Source: Eledone cirrhosa | Lineage: Eukaryota | Assembly: GCA_964016885.1 (NCBI GenBank) | Contig: OZ024740.1 | Location: forward strand, 112,964,001 to 113,028,000 | Direction: 5' to 3' | DNA: 64,000 nt | In this document: one piece after another, positions 61,172 through 64,000 of the stretch | Numbering within the stretch: the first letter of the stretch is position 1 | Layout of the letters: the number at the start of each line of letters is the position of its first letter | The notes under the pieces: generated by a model | What the model saw: the letters and a program-made list of their open reading frames with translations, nothing else | Told to the model about the DNA's origin: nothing | The model's database searches: none | Translations under genes and position numbers: made by a program

Positions 61172-61685
61172 GTTAGGGAAGCAGAAAATTGCTTATTCTG
61201 ATCCAGTTCGTGGTTAAGAAAGCCAGTTTCATGGATGGTTTCAACGTACGGTTAGGGGTAACTCCACAAGTTTGTAAGAATTCTGTTCAATTTGGAGTAT
61301 AAAGTATAAAAGAGAAAACACAGGTAAGCATTAAGAGAAGGATTTTATCCAGGTATTTACGACCGTTTCATTGGTAAGTGAAACCTTATATTGCTATACT
61401 GCAAATAGCAGCCACTCAATTATAATTGTTATTCACGTCCAAATTTTCAAAATACTCGTTATACTAGTAAATACAATTCCAAAAAAATGTTTTTACTCTA
61501 TATATTAAGAACTATTTCAAGAGTAACTTAGTCACTATTTTGAAAATTTGGACGTGAACAACAATTATAAATGAGTGGTTGCTATTTGCAGTATAGCAAT
61601 ATAAGGTTGCACTTACCAATGAAACGGTCGTAAATACCTGGTTAAAATCCTTCTCTTAATGCTTACTTGTGTTTTCTCTTTTATA
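61172..61685. repeat. Fold-back element (~150-bp arms, ~85-bp spacer, left tail)
   Basis: 61305-61454 is inverted at 61536-61685; contains GAAA-c-ggtc-g-TA. Confidence 0.85.
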
Positions 61686-61689
61686 ATAT

Positions 61690-61817
<128 letters not shown>

Positions 61818-62808
61818 AGATAGATAGATAGATATAGATATATATATGAGAATATTCTTAGCTCGATATATATATATAATTTCTTCTATATTTAATTAGA
61901 ATTTTAACTAACGAAAAAAATCTAATTATTTTCAATTCTTTCTCTCATAAATAATTGAACAATCGCCCTAACTTTATAAAGAAAAAACTGTTATAAAAGA
62001 GAACTAAGAGAACATTTAAGGGTTAGGTTATATTTAAGTCTCACAATAATATGTGGTTCTCGTATCGAGAATTATAATGTTTAAGGGTTTTTATATATCT
62101 CCTAGGTTTGGGCTTAGTGCCATGAAAAATGCCTGGGTACCAGGTTGTCAACAAAATGTGTTTAACGCTCCAGACTTGGGAACGGGCGATGACAACAGTT
62201 AATTGTGTTGCTGGACAGGAAATTGTCTATTACGAGACAGAGTTACAACAATAAGAATATTTATTTTACTATCGTTACATACATATATGTTTTTTAATTG
62301 TCTAGATATTAACTATATAGACATTTTATTATCCACACACATACTTACACAGAGACAGACAGATACACACATACACACGCCCAGTCGCATATACACTCGA
62401 GTAACGAAAAATCGTTTCCCCAAACTTATTAATTTTTTAGATTTTTCCACCCCACCATCGCTCGTATTCCAATCCACTCGCGCTTATTAAATTTTGCTAA
62501 TCTATTTCCGGCGAAATTTTATTTTATTTCGTATTATTTCAGCGATAAATAATTCTCTTTATGCATGGCAAAAAAGAACATTATATACGTTACAAAATAT
62601 ATAGGATGGGTTGGGGACTCAATATATAAACTAAACAAATAATTCTGGTTTAAAGAAAATTAAGTGTCACAATTACCGATTTTCCAGCCTTCCCCTTATT
62701 CCAGTCCCCTCCCCCCTTATTATTTGGGGCTCCCGAAAGTACACTCTTACACACCCACACACTCATGAAGAAATTTCGCTGCTCATGATACACTATATGA
62801 CTCCAACA

Positions 62809-62844
<36 letters not shown>

Positions 62845-62974
62845 GTAGATAAATCTAACAAAATATACAGTAGTGTCCAATCCGTATGAAGAACTCAATG
62901 TAATCCAAATATGAAAAGAGAAGATGCATTCAAACATTTTCGATGAAAATCATAGGAAAACAGGGTCAAGATAA

Positions 62975-63067
62975 ATTAATAAAAACAATGAAATAAAAAC
63001 AAAGAACAAATTCCTTATAAATTTTAATATAAGAAATTTGTTCTTTGTTTTTATTTCATTGTTTTTA

Positions 63068-63071
<4 letters not shown>
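62975..63071. repeat. AT-rich fold-back palindrome abutting (TA)n
   Basis: attaataaaaacaatgaaataaaaacaaagaacaaatt / aatttgttctttgtttttatttcattgtttttattaat. Confidence 0.85.
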
Positions 63072-63124
<53 letters not shown>

Positions 63125-63130
<6 letters not shown>

Positions 63131-63545
63131 GTTTGTATATGTATAATAAAGCCAAAACAATGCAGGTATGGACATAGAATAAAGAATGCAAATGCAAAAG
63201 ATATTGTTGACAATGAGTCTTTTACCTTAGATTTATTTAAATGACCTTAATTTTCGAGATAATATCTCTTCTTCGGAGGGAAGTAAAGCGGTTAAACCAG
63301 TGTTCTAAATAGCTAGCCAAATCATGCTATTTAACCGCTTTACTTCCCTCCGAAGAAGAGATATTATCTCGAAAATTAAGGACATTTAAATAAATCTAAG
63401 GTAAAAGACTAATTGTCAACAATATCTTTTGGATTTGCATTCTTTATTTTATGTCCATACCTGCATTGTTTTGGCTTTATTATACATATACAAACGTTTA
63501 TACCTCATTACACAATGCTTCAAGTGAACTATAACCTCCTCCATA
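63125..63545. mobile_element. Fold-back of the PLE 3' terminal repeat seen at 16460-16708
   Basis: Arms ~63125-63297 and 63331-63502 plus a ~42-bp tail; near identity to the 3' end of the RT/GIY-YIG element. Confidence 0.9.
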
Positions 63546-64000
63546 AATATATATATATGCGTGCCTCTGTGTGTGTGTGTTTGTATGTGTTTACGTTCCT
63601 TATCACATGATTTGATCGTTTTTGTTTGAAGAGAATCTGTTGTATTTCCAGCCTCATTCAGATTTAGTTACAGGCGGCAAAGAGAAGAAATGATAAATTC
63701 AATGCTTTCATGAGACAACGACGATTCACTTTAAAAGCCTAAAAGCGAAATCATGTGACGGTCGGGGAACTGGATATTTCAGAACGATCATTTTTAGAAA
63801 TAGCACATGTCTTCGAAATACTAAACCGTCTGATGCATATCTTTCCCTTTTAACGGGGAAAAGTTAAGATATGCATTTAGGAAACGTTTCTTTGTATTTG
63901 TCAGTTTGAAGGAGAATGCCTATGACTCTTTTCAGGGGGCTCGAAAACAGATACGAGGATATGTATATATGTCCTGTAGGGCATTACTAGTGAAGGAGAA

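Overview
Eukaryotic, AT-rich, microsatellite-saturated non-genic DNA. The repeat content looks like a cephalopod (Octopus-like) genome; this is inference. I found no supportable host protein-coding exon, and almost all ORFs in the track are simple-repeat artefacts or antisense shadows. Real coding remnants are all retroelements: two Penelope-like elements (PLEs; 12.4-13.3 kb and 15.0-16.7 kb), an R4/Dong-like and a CRE-like restriction-endonuclease LINE relic (30.2-32.5 kb and 33.5-35.1 kb), and a 5'-truncated but open L1/Tx1-like RT ORF in a (TATC)n-embedded tandem cluster (49.1-52.2 kb). Also present: about 20 tRNA-headed SINEs, RTE-like non-autonomous elements, small DNA-transposon derivatives, and a 4.3 kb satellite with 1193-bp and 398-bp higher-order periods. 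The most striking signal is a dense population (over 20 copies, about 10 families) of short elements sitting in (TA)n tracts. Many are asymmetric fold-back palindromes, and many carry a hand-foldable minimal type I hammerhead ribozyme (stem I-CTGANGA-stem II-GAAA-short stem III-UH). One family matches the 3' end of the coding PLE in this window. All alignments and folds were done by eye.
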